64,000 nucleotides of DNA from Phallusia mammillata (taxonomy: Eukaryota), in assembly GCA_965637545.1 (NCBI GenBank), contig OZ281495.1, forward strand, positions 12,958,001 through 13,022,000. The letters run 5' to 3'. Of the stretch, positions 35,701 to 46,787 are shown one piece after another (the first letter of the stretch is position 1; every line of letters starts with the position of its first letter). Below the pieces are notes generated by a model. The model ran no database searches. It was given only the letters and a program-made list of their open reading frames with translations, and had not been told where the DNA came from. Position numbers and translations under genes: made by a program.

Positions 35701-37780
35701 AGTAATTATTTAGAGCATGGACAGAGAAAATAGGTAAACTCTGCGTTAAACTATATGTAAAACACAAAACTTTACAAAAACGACTGACTATCATCCAACC
35801 TTAAGGACAGTTTCAACTTCGTCGGATTGGAACTGAACATCTCCCTGGAAAGCTCCAGTTTCCTTGCATGTGCAATCTACAGGACATTCTTTATCATCTG
35901 TGCGAAATCCAAGCGGACACTGGTTCGAACACTTTCCGACCTTGAACTTGCAGTGACGAACTTGAGAATAAATTTTGGAATTAGAGGTCTGTGCCGTTTG
36001 CTGCGACAAGCCCTTGTAGTTTAGAAAAGGTTTTCGGAGCATGTTTTGTCTGCATGGTATGGATTTGAATTTGCGTGCGAGTAACGGGGTGCAAATACTG
36101 ATATAAAATACTGGTGCATACTTAAAAACAGGAAAACTAACTGGGCTGACTTCCCTGACTTCGGCGGCAGTGTTTCACAAAATATGTTTCCTTTTTTGTC
36201 AATTGGGAAAGGGTTAGAGCAGTGGTTCCCAAACATTTTTCTTTTAAGGCGCATTTTAGAAAAAACAAAAATTATTTGGCGCACTTCGAACATTTGAATA
36301 AAAATATATTTGAATTTTTTTATTTCAGTTTAAAATGGCACAGTAAATTAGCTGACAAAGGCACTAACTATGAGGTCATAAAGCCGATGTACAGGTCACT
36401 CTCATATTTAAATAGCCTAGTTGAACATCTCAGAGACGTGGAGCATGTTGGCCTAGTAGTCTAAACATAGTTTGGGAACCACTGGGTTAGAGTCAGGGTC
36501 AGAGTTTGGGTTAGGTTTGAATGACTTCATCATTCTGTGTCCGTAATGTTTTTACATTTAAAATACCCAGCTAAGTAGCTAGTTTTTGGCGTAAACCTCG
36601 ACATATAAGGTCTCGTCAGTGGAGCTGGTGACGAGAGATGGGCAGTTTTGACCATTTCAGCGATCCAACGGCACTTTACACTAGCCAATACGGATGATCT
36701 CTCGTAACCAGTTGCACTGATGAAACCGTTTAGGTCGAAACAGTGTGCACTGGCTGCAGTATAGAATGTATCGTTGTGGTAAATTGAAGGATATACATAC
36801 GCCCACAGAAATTGACTGCGACTGGGTCAGGTGCGACCTCCAACGGTACCCCTGTTCGAGCTGATTCGCTGATGTTTTTGCAAACTCCTCCAGGTGATGG
36901 TTGGTCTGTTTTAATATAATTGACAATGTTGAAACAAAAAAAGCAACCTATATGTTTGTGCTTTGAAAAAAAAAACGCCTAAAACAAACACACGTTTACC
37001 AAAATGTTCATATTTAGCCGATACGGCCTTTGTTCTATCGCCAGCTGCACTGATGAGACCTAATAGATCGAAACAGTGTTCAGCTTACTTGTTTTCATTT
37101 GGTTTGATACAATACCAAAACGCAGTGCACATGTGCAACAAAAAATGGCATGTACCAAACGTCAGGGAAAATGTTCTCAGCCTCTGGACTTTTAAAGCAC
37201 TTTTTAATGTATAGTTTTTTGCGAAACATGGAAAAACAACTACTTTCTAAAATTAGACATGGACTGAAATAAACACCAACCTATCACACATAAATGTGCA
37301 TTGTTACGCAATTACGAAAGAACAATGCGTGCACGACTTTCAAATGTAGCCTATACATTTTTAAATGCCTAAAGTTTTTATTTCTAAAAAAATGTACAGC
37401 CTATAAACTCACTTGCAATGGCTACTCCAATCAAAACACAACCAATTATTATGAGGCTTGCTCCGAACAGAAAGATTAGGACCTTTGTAGGTGGAACTCG
37501 TACAGAAGGAAATTTTATGGATTGAACTGAGATAAAAAAGTAGTATTTTATAATAATTTGTAGCTCAATTAAGGAAACAAGACGTACTTATACGCAACTG
37601 TGAAACTCTAATCCAAATTGAGCACAGTTTTCACATGAAAACAAACTAACCTTTGTTAGGTACAGAAGTACCAGAAGGTTTAGCTTCTTCTATTTCTGGA
37701 ACTGGAATTGAAGTAGAAGGTTTAACTTCTTCTATTTCCGGAACTGGAATTGAAGTATCCATCTTTCTATTTGTACAAAA
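32712..37780 (-). CDS. Astacin-like (M12A) protein with antistasin-like and TSP1-like modules, predicted catalytically inactive
   Basis: Exons 37780-37651, about 36905-36801, about 36042-35800 (CSNQCPLGFRTDDKECPVDCTC and pro-motif FQGDV), 35400-35280, 35223-35100, 34479-34307 (HLVMHVLGFHHEHTRPDRD), 33917-33675 (Met-turn SIMHF), 32891-32712 (TWSPWGAW...RYRKC). First exon and start codon not resolved. Confidence 0.8.
33089..33509. mobile_element. hAT-type MITE with subterminal GCCCGAACCCG repeats
   Basis: TIR CAGAGTTGCAAG / CTTGCAACTCTG; perfect TSD ttttagtg; clusters of CCCGAA/GGCCCG at both ends. Confidence 0.9.
36220..36484. mobile_element. hAT-type MITE
   Basis: TIR CAGTGGTTCCCAAAC / GTTTGGGAACCACTG; perfect TSD ggttagag. 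Confidence 0.9.
36596..36639 (-). ncRNA. Degenerate hammerhead-like motif (probably inactive)
   Basis: Minus strand reads CCAGCTCCA-CTGACGA-GACC-TTATAT-GTC-GAGG, with GAAA decayed to GAGG; forms a 30-nt inverted repeat (5 mismatches) with 36697-36726. Confidence 0.45.
36708..36753 (+). ncRNA. Minimal type I hammerhead ribozyme-like motif
   Basis: CCAGTTGCA-CTGATGA-AACC-GTTTA-GGTC-GAAA-CAGTG-TGCACTGG: core boxes present, stem I and 3-bp stem II pair; G10.1 is A and the cleavage triplet is GUG. Confidence 0.55.
37043..37085 (+). ncRNA. Minimal type I hammerhead ribozyme-like motif (second copy)
   Basis: AGCTGCA-CTGATGA-GACC-TAATA-GATC-GAAA-CAGTG-TTCAGCT: core intact, stem I 6/7 pairs, stem II 3/4 pairs, GUG triplet; core lies 333 bp downstream of the first copy. 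Confidence 0.55.
37673..37756 (-). repeat. 42-bp coding tandem repeat, 2 copies (TSIPVPEIEE[V/A]KPS)
   Basis: Units 37673-37714 and 37715-37756 differ at 2 positions; in frame within exon 37780-37651 of the astacin-like gene. Confidence 0.9.
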
Positions 37781-38237
37781 CTGTATACGTAAAGTTTGTT
37801 ATACTTGGGTTCTAAAACCATACATCAAGGTCTTGGACTCAAACCAAATCACAACTAAGCGCCACCAACAACAATACTTTTACAGACACGACAATTTCAC
37901 ATTCTTATAGTTATAACGTTAAAGTCTATTATTGCAATCTTTTGAAACTTAGGACAACATTGCATGGAAAAATACTAAGAAAACTGTTGCAATCATTTAA
38001 TTACTTTTTTAGGGTACATAGAATATGATATGATTGATAGACATTAGAAAAATTAAAACTCAACCCTCGTGTCGGCTTAAATTATTTTCGTTTCCCAACG
38101 ATTGATCATGTGTTTATGTGAATGGGATTGTGTCGGTAGGCCAAGGTAATGAAACCATCAAGCAAATCTTGCATTGCGTAAATCAGACGCCTTGTTCTGA
38201 CTGCACAAGTGTACGGTGGAGTGCTTGCCAACTAAGG

Positions 38238-38611
38238 TAGGCCTACCATATTTCCATCCCCCAAAAGGAGGACATATTGTCATAAAAAACATGAAAAATG
38301 GTTCAAGGCTCGCCCCAAAATAAAAGCCTCAAAAATTAGACGTTATAGAATAGTTTGGATAAAGTTTAACGTTTATCAGATAAAATAAGCTTGTATTTTC
38401 AAAAAATGTAAAATCTATCTGTATTAAAATAAGCTGAAGATGTATATATCTGGCTGTTTTCAAAGGCATACTTGTCACATATGTATTTGGTAAATCAGAA
38501 ATTGTTGATAAAAGAGGACATTTGGGCACTTTTTCTTGTCCTCGGAGAACAAATTGTTTTTTGTTAAAAAGGAGGACATGTCCTCCAAAAAGAGGACGTA
38601 TGGTAGGCCTA
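38238..38611. mobile_element. hAT-type MITE
   Basis: TIR TAGGCCTACCATA / TATGGTAGGCCTA; perfect TSD aactaagg; internal GAGGACA repeats. Confidence 0.9.
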
Positions 38612-39986
38612 AACTAAGGCAAGTTGTTTACGACTGCGAAACAAATGTTATATTCAGTAATTTTGAAACAAAAACAGACAGACGCTTTGCGGTCGTCATA
38701 GCGAAAAGGTTGTGCACCCCTGGCCTAAACTAACAATGTGCTTTTTTGACTTTTAGGTTGTCTACCGGTATAGGCAAAAAAAGTCGGGTTTAAAGCCATG
38801 TTTGTTTGTGTTTGTTTAAGCAGGGCTAATATTAATGACACAACGGAACCATGGGCGTCCGCAGGAAAAAATACAGGGGAGGGCAATACTATCGTCACAT
38901 CGCCGTTCGATAAACGGTATTTCAGAACAAAAATCATCTGACAGTGATACTCATTCTTGCCAATCCCAATGTAGCACAGTAGTGCAATAAACACAATATT
39001 AACTATCACTGAAGTATGGGGCACACGACGTTGTCGCCAAATTATTAAAGTTTTTTGTAGCTTGTAGGTCGAAGTGTTTTAGATTGTCATAACAAGTATA
39101 TAATATAGCTTGGGCCTACTTGCAGTTATGTTGCACATTTTTAATTTTGTTTTTGACTGACAAACAGTATAGCCTATTATCGCTGTTTTTCGGTTGCTGA
39201 ATTATAACCACAAAACCTTTATCGCCACGAGCCTGTCAACATCGCCGATGATGACCATCTATTCTACTGTGTCGTTTTTTTAACTCTTATAACAAACGAA
39301 CGATGCATTTCGTTCGTTTTGAATTGTGTATATTTATAGACTGCCAACAATAGATGTTTCCCCATAGCCTACGCTTCAGTGAGATTGTCGATGCGCAGAA
39401 GAATATTGCTATTGGCTGCTGGCGTCAGCTGATGTCCCCGTAACCTGCAGGAAGTCACAAAGCAATTCAGTTTCAGTTCCCATTTTGCCTTTCCTGAAGT
39501 CTAGACTCGTGTTTAAAGGGTAGGTGTCAGATTGTTAAAAGGTATTTAGCATTTTAGTGTTATATTTTCCCGGTAGCATATAATACAAATTATAATACAT
39601 GAGGTCAAAATTACAACCTATTTGTACTTTAAATTGTTTGTTGCATAAGTTTGTTGTTGTTTAAAAGTTGTAAAAAGTGGTAATGCATATCTGTACGATC
39701 CTTGTCCACTGTTGGTTGTGACAATACAGGTGTACAATTGAGTTTTCATGTGTAGAACTGTAGTCTAACTGAAGTTGCACCGCTATTGCTGCTTGACGAT
39801 GGCAGCAGTAATAGTCAGAGCTTTATCATGGTTTATGTGTAAATTGAAAATTAGCATTTTACGTATGCTTTTAAATACATAACGTAGAGTGATTCGAACG
39901 ATTACTTCCTGGGACCCTGTTCGCTAGAAAAGCTACATGCATTTTGTAACAAAAACCATACAATATGGTCTCTTTTTTAGACTACC

Positions 39987-42900
39987 ATGGAAGGTTGCAA
40001 AGGTGAACATGACACTGAAGCTCTAGGTGCTGTTGCATCTGACCCTAGCCTAATGTCAGAACATGGTGATGTTGAACCCATCTCTAGTTCAGCCAGAGTG
40101 GGTGAAGGTCTGTCTTCTAACAGTTTTACCCTACGACGGGAAAATGATGAAGGGAATCAACGCAATTTGTCCCAGGAACAGCTTGATGTTGCGCCACAGG
40201 CTAGTTTAACCCGTGATCCAGCAGAAGATGATGTCCATCCGAACAGTCCAGCATATGGTCTGGATGATAATCCTCCAGCCAGTTCCGCCCATAACTTGGT
40301 TGACGATGTCCCTTTAACTAGTTCAACACATGATGTTGTCGCTCCAACCAGTTCATCCCATGGTTCGACGTATGTTCCCCAGCCCAATACAAGTCCTGGT
40401 GGTATGGGTGGTTTGGCAACCCAAAGCGGTTTACCCGATGGATCAACAGTTTCAAATGCCGAAATTTATAACATGGTAAGAAAACATACGCTTGTAGTTT
40501 CCAGGAGGCAGTAAAGAAATTCGATGTTATGTTTCAGGAAGGCGAATCACGATTTGGGGACACAAACGTTCATACAACTGGGCCAGTGTTTAACGCGCCA
40601 ATATACATAACATTTGAGCAACATACAACGGTGCAGCAAACACCAGAACAACCTCATTGCTCATCGACATCGGTTGTTTTCTCTCCGTGTCTTGAGGAAA
40701 CCTCGCCTAAATTACCAGCGTCGGTGGCAGCAACAACATTGCCCCCCGCTACTAGGAGTTCTTCTTCCTATGTTCCAACACAGGTCCATACTGAGCCAAA
40801 GAACTTCGGTACTACCCATGGCACACAGCAAAATGTGACGACTTCTCAAAGTACACTACCGCAGACGGCAATATCTGTCAAAACTACACCAAACGACAAA
40901 TGTAAGTTTCTTGTGGTTATAGGAATATGAGAGTCAATAGTATAGTAACTAGTTGTTGCTGGAGTTTGGAAATATTCTGAAAAGCTTGGGTTATATTTTG
41001 GTTTTCGAAATTACTGTGTAGGCCTATTCGATTTATTTTTTTTAATTTGGCCTATAGGCCTATTCGATTTAAATTTTGTTGAATGTTTTTTTTCCACGTG
41101 CAATGGGGTAAATTTATTGGTCTGCTTTGCTTACAGGCAGTCAACTTAAGGTGTTACTCAAGGAGAAGGTTAGAACTAACGCCAATGAAGAATCGACTTT
41201 GGCAGAGTTTCTACCCCAACCAATTCCACCTGTTCACCTATCCAAAGTAAGCAAGCCACAACAGGTTGAAGATGAGTTCCAAATGCAAGGACATTACCAC
41301 CGCAGAGAAGATCTTGACAAAATGTACAAACGACCAGATAGTGACATCACATCGGAAGAAATGTTTCCTTCGGCCAGAAGTAGAGCAATTCATGAGGCAA
41401 ATCGAAAGTTTGGCACCAATGAGACGAGAGCCAAACAACATTATGTCGAGAAACATGGAAACGTAATAGCCGTTGTCGGACAGGCTGGCATAGGGAAGAC
41501 AACTTCTGCAAAACAGTGGGCCTTACAAGCACTAGATCGTCAGCTTTTTGGAAGTGTATCTTTTATTTTTTACATTCCTGTCAGACTTCTTAACTTTATC
41601 GCTAAGATGACTTTTCTCCAGTTTCTCGTCTCTACTATGTTGCCCGAGTGGTCATGTACTTCAGACGAGGCAAAACACATTCTTAGTGTGATATTGGATG
41701 ATCCATGTGTTTTGCTTATTTTTGATGGTTTGGATGAAGCCAATTTCCTGTCCTTTGGCGGAGTGGTTTCTCCACCTTTGGTTTTGTTTGAGTCCAAAGC
41801 AGAAAACTATTTAAAGCATTTAGCGGGTGGTAACCTGCTCCCCCGAGCTCGAAAAATCTTTACATCACGACCAGCTCAACTGTACAAGCTTCATCCGGCA
41901 TTTCGCCCCAAGTTTATCGTTGAGATACTTGGATTAACTCCACTGTCACAAGAAGTACTTGGGCAAAAAATGTGTGGCTCCAAATACGATGAGATCAAAA
42001 GAAAACTTACTCAAAACAGTAACGTGTTTGCATACTGCTATGTCCCTGTCAATTATATTTTAACTCTCAACTACTTGATGAATTACAATGGAGATATTGA
42101 ATTTGTTTCCCTTACTCGAGTTCTTTCTTTCACGTGTGGGCAATATGCCGTAACGGACCATCTGAAGGGGCAGGAATGTGAATTCGATAAATTGTCAAAA
42201 CTGGCCTGGGTTGGGTTTCTAAATAGAACAGTGGTTTTTTATTTTAAAGACTTCAAAAATGCTCAAATCAATGACTCCACAGCTGACGCATTTTTGAAAG
42301 TATCAGTGGTCAGGAAAGTTAATCTTAAGCTGACAATTTTGGATGGCCACAAACTGCGCTATTTCTCTCATCTCATATGGCAAGAATTTTTTGCTGCCGT
42401 CTACCTGATGATGATCATGCCTTTGGATGAGTTCAAACTACACTACACGAAGCTCGCAGAAGACAGATGGGAAGTTGTTGCCAAATTTGCGTTTGGAATT
42501 TGCGATAGTTTGGTTTTCCGAGAGCTTTATTTTCTTATCCCTAATTGTTCACGTAAAGTCTGGAACGCCAAAAAGCTGCTCTTGGGAGAGTTTGTTGGAA
42601 AGCCGATGAGAAACGAAAGTAAAGTCGAAATTAAACGACTCTGCAGCTGGGCTTACGAATCAAACGACAGAAAATTAGCTGCATCTGTTTGTTCTACACT
42701 TCCAACGGAACTCGACCTCAGTTCTTCGCTTCTTCCTATCGATGTGACAAACCTTTCTTTTGTTCTTGAAACGGAAAACCTTACAATGGTAAGCAAGTTT
42801 TCTGATTGTTAGACCTACCTATCACTGTCCCAATCCCGGTAAAAATATTCTCTTGTGGACGCATAGGCCTAATTATAGGCTACGTACATATATAGGCTAT

Positions 42901-44687
42901 ACCGCATCCGTTACACAGGCCATTGTGAGTTAAAAACATTGTTGACTAAAATGCTTTTAGCTCAAGAAACTTGATCTTTCTTGGAACAACATTGGAAGCC
43001 CTGGTGCAACGACAATCGCCAATGGCATTCACAACTTATCTGAACTGGAACTTCATCATTGTGATGTTTGCAGTTGGGGAGTTGAACAAATCTCTAGCAA
43101 AACACAAGCTCTGCTAAATCCAGTAGGCATGGACTTGTTTTGTTTTTGTACTATTTTAATTTAAAATACGTGTTTGTTAGCTTAAGAAACTGGACCTTTC
43201 TGGCAACAAAATCGGAGATGTGGGAGCCACTTTGCTGGCTCTGTGCATTTACAACATTGAGGTGTTGTTAATTTACGATTGCGACATCGGATTCAGCGGA
43301 CAGGAAAAAATTACAGACAAAATATTATTTTTGCGGAAACCAGTAAGTGCACTATGGGTAGATTTCAAATTATAAACGCAACTTTGTCTAAATTTTTCAC
43401 CAATCCTGAAAAATGCCTAAACAGTCTCCCAAAATTTTGCTTTAATTTTAGATCACCCGATTCGACATTTCCTTCAACAATGTTGGGGATTTGGGATGCA
43501 GTTTACTGGGTGGTTGCATTGCCAACATCAAGGAATTGGTGCTGAAAACCTGCCAAATCAGAGCGAATGGGATGGACTGGCTTTCAAGGGGAGTACAACT
43601 TCTTGGGACACCAGTATGTTTTGTTGCAAGCCTATTTATTAGCTATTTTTTGAGCTACTCCATATAATATAATAACTATACATTAATTTAAAGTTTCTCA
43701 CACAAAAGTGCTAAATCGTTTCGGTAAAATTGGCTAATCTATTAAAACGATTATTTTTTATTTCATCACAGATAAAAGGATAAGTATTAAAAGCACCACC
43801 TTATAGATTTTTGTTTTAGCTGATGCATCTTGAGCTTTCCGGCAACAAAATAGGAGACTTGGGCGCGACATTTCTTGCAAGCTGCGTTCATAACATCCGG
43901 GTGCTCATTTTATACGACTGTGAGATCGGCAGCGATGGAATGGAAAAACTCAGTGAAAAAATAAAAGTGTTACACAAATCAGTAAGACAGTTTTGCATTT
44001 GTAGTTTGCCATTGCACTTAGAATTAAAACGGATATTTTTTTCTTACATGTAGATGAAGGAATTCGACATTTCGATGAACCAGATTGGGGACAAGGGTGC
44101 GATATCATTGGCGCATTGCGTTAACAACATCGAAGCATTAATGTTGTGTGACTGCGGAATCACGTGTGAGGGCGTGGAGGAACTTGCCCGAATGATCCGA
44201 GCCCTTCAAACTCCTGTAAGATCACAATCTTACTTTACTGTATTAGAATGATGACATAAAAAGCCTGTCCAGTCCAGTTTAAAAAAGCCCGCTGTACTCA
44301 TTACTTTACATGCTTTCCAAATGTGTAAATCATTCAAACTTCTACCATGGGTTTGAGTCCCACTGCAGGCTAAATTTTTCTAGCATGTGCCTTGTCATAT
44401 TGGATTGCTTGGTAGACCGTCTTGATTCAGTATAACGCATGCCGTGATTGCTGGTCTGCATGAGCGCTTCAGGGCTTTAAAACATATTGCTTAGAGGTAA
44501 ATTTTGTTTAAATGTGATTCAGATGAAAAAATGTGCTCTTTGCTGGAACACCCTGTCAGACGAAAATGCAGAGTCGATAGTCGCATGTTCGCAAAATATC
44601 GCGGAACTGGATATCAGTGACTGCGGCTTCACCGAGGCTGGAAAGAAATTCATTCAAGCCAATACTCAAGGAAACATTATTACATGA
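39987..44687 (+). CDS. NACHT-LRR (NLR-like) protein, about 1159 aa, 9 coding exons (39987-40475, 40538-40901, 41137-42788, 42961-43122, 43181-43342, 43452-43613, 43820-43981, 44054-44215, 44523-44687)
   Basis: Walker A GQAGIGKTT, Walker B LLIFDGLDE, IFTSRP, WD-like FSHLIWQEFFAA; RI-like LRRs (LDLSGNKIGDVG); all GT-AG introns join in frame. Confidence 0.92.
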
Positions 44688-46787
44688 TACTTCACGTTGC
44701 GCCACAAAGTATGGCAGGCACGGTATTGACTCGAGGTGATCATTTGCTACCTACCAACGATTTCATAGATGTTAATCGTGTAGCCTGATATACGTAGCTG
44801 AAAATATTGCGTTTTTTTTCCGGTGCTACAATAAAACAAATTGCCTTTCAAAATGTCTTTTTCATATAATAGCAACCCTTAAACCATAAGTAGGCTACCA
44901 TGTGTGCCTGATTAACTACTAGGCGTTACATTATTATTACGAACTTAAGTTTGAATTCTTGTTCGAAAGCTGTTTATTATTCTCAGCATGTTGAACGACA
45001 AGATTTGTGCTGGTGAAATTTTTTTTGATTTTGTTATACTTAACTTACTTATATTCTACATTAACATTGGCAAGCAAACTTCATATATTTCTGGGTTTAT
45101 TACGAGACTGTAGCCATTGGGCAAGAAACAATTCAAGCTCGTGATCGGACAACACATGGGTCAAAAATTTGTCATGCCAAATATAGCAAGAATTCTTTTC
45201 ATTACCTTTTTCCAAACCGAAAAAAATGTGGCCTCAAACAAAACACGATAGCTCAGCACAGGCTAAAGAGCCTACAACACGTTGATTGGAACTTAAAAGC
45301 AAACAAAAAAAATCTTTTAAGCGAGTTCATTCATCCACCAATCTGTGATTTGAAAAGCGCGGGTAAAACGAGATGTAAAATGCCGATAACGGTGATAAAA
45401 GCGGCGAAAACTAAATTAAAACACGATATACTGTACTATAAGATCGGCATATATGCGCAGCGTCGAGCTTACAAAAGCACTCAGAATCAGTTCACGTTAC
45501 ACGCAGTAAAAGTCCGCAGTCGTGGCGACAAACAAACAAAAATGCAAATCGTTGTGACATTTACCCCGCGCATTAAAGTACACATGCGCTTTGCGATATA
45601 ACAGCGATATATATATATAATATATGTAGGTTTCAGCGGGCGGCATTTAAATGTACAGAGGGATCAGGACAAAGCAAAAAGTAGCAAGCGCCTTTCACTT
45701 TGTTTGATTGTGTGCTGCGCATTTATTGCGAAATCGTAATAGACGCTAAAAAGGGAAAACGAAAGGGCCGAAAAAAATCAAGTGAACTTACGAGCGCAAA
45801 ACCGAAATACTGGACACTGCATTAGTATGGGCCGGCGTATGTTGCAAGTCGGCTCACATACACACCTGTGGCACCAACACCTTGTAATTTGCACAGTTTG
45901 TCTTGTAAAATTTACATGGGATTAGCTTTTCTTAGTTTGTTGATTTTTAGTCTTAGATTTTAAGCAGGACGCCAATGTAACAGTCCTAGATTATTGCAAC
46001 ATATTAATTGTCATAGCCGGAGAAAATATAAAATTTACACTGCACGATGTTCGGCGTTCTGTTTTCCAATATAACGACCAGTTTTATCGTTAATTCTTGA
46101 GTGACACGATTAAGTTGTGCGCAGGCAAGCGGTCATGGAGATTCGAAACGGTAATAGGCAAATCGCATTTGAAATTTCTGTACAGGAAACAAATTTTGAA
46201 GGCTTGGGCAATGCTGCTTAGTGGATGGCAAGCGGACGTTCTGCGTGAACGCTTATGGCAAGTCTCACGGTGTGTGTCTGTGTGGTTCGCATATGGTGAC
46301 GTCATCAACAGTTTAGGTTGGGGGTGATCTACAATTAGGGGGGTTTGCAGGTCGGAAGCTGCTGTGTGCACGAAAAGGGACAAAGAAAAGTTTTGCAACG
46401 CGTTTTTGACAGGAATAAAATGCACGATTGGTTCAAAAAGAAATCAAAACGCAAAATTTGATCTCATGAAGGTCACGAAGTCACGTGTTCGCTAGTATTA
46501 CGTGACAGACAAATGCACATAAACGTACTGCAGTCGGGAGGCGTCTTGTTTATAATACTCGGCTCGGCGGCAGGCACCGACATAAGTGCGCGGCTGTTTG
46601 GAGGCTACGACGATCACGTGACATGATCACGTGCAAAAGTGGCTCGACGATAGCTCGCCGCGTTGAAACACTTGACGCTGGTGAAAATACTGAGAGTGTG
46701 TGGTAACTGCAGTAGATCGCAATTTCGGCAGCACATTTTATGATAGCGTCGTAGCTCATGTTGAAAAATTCGCACGTGCAGCAGAAT

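Noticed and set aside
38700-38890. Lone MITE-like ends (TTGTGCACCCCTG ending at 38722; CATGGGCGTCCGCAG near 38850; similar fragments near 32960 and 61255)
   Set aside because: No partner TIR or TSD could be established.
44345-44375. GGTTTGAGTCCC, resembling a Pol III B box (SINE/tRNA)
   Set aside because: No A box, cloverleaf or second copy seen.
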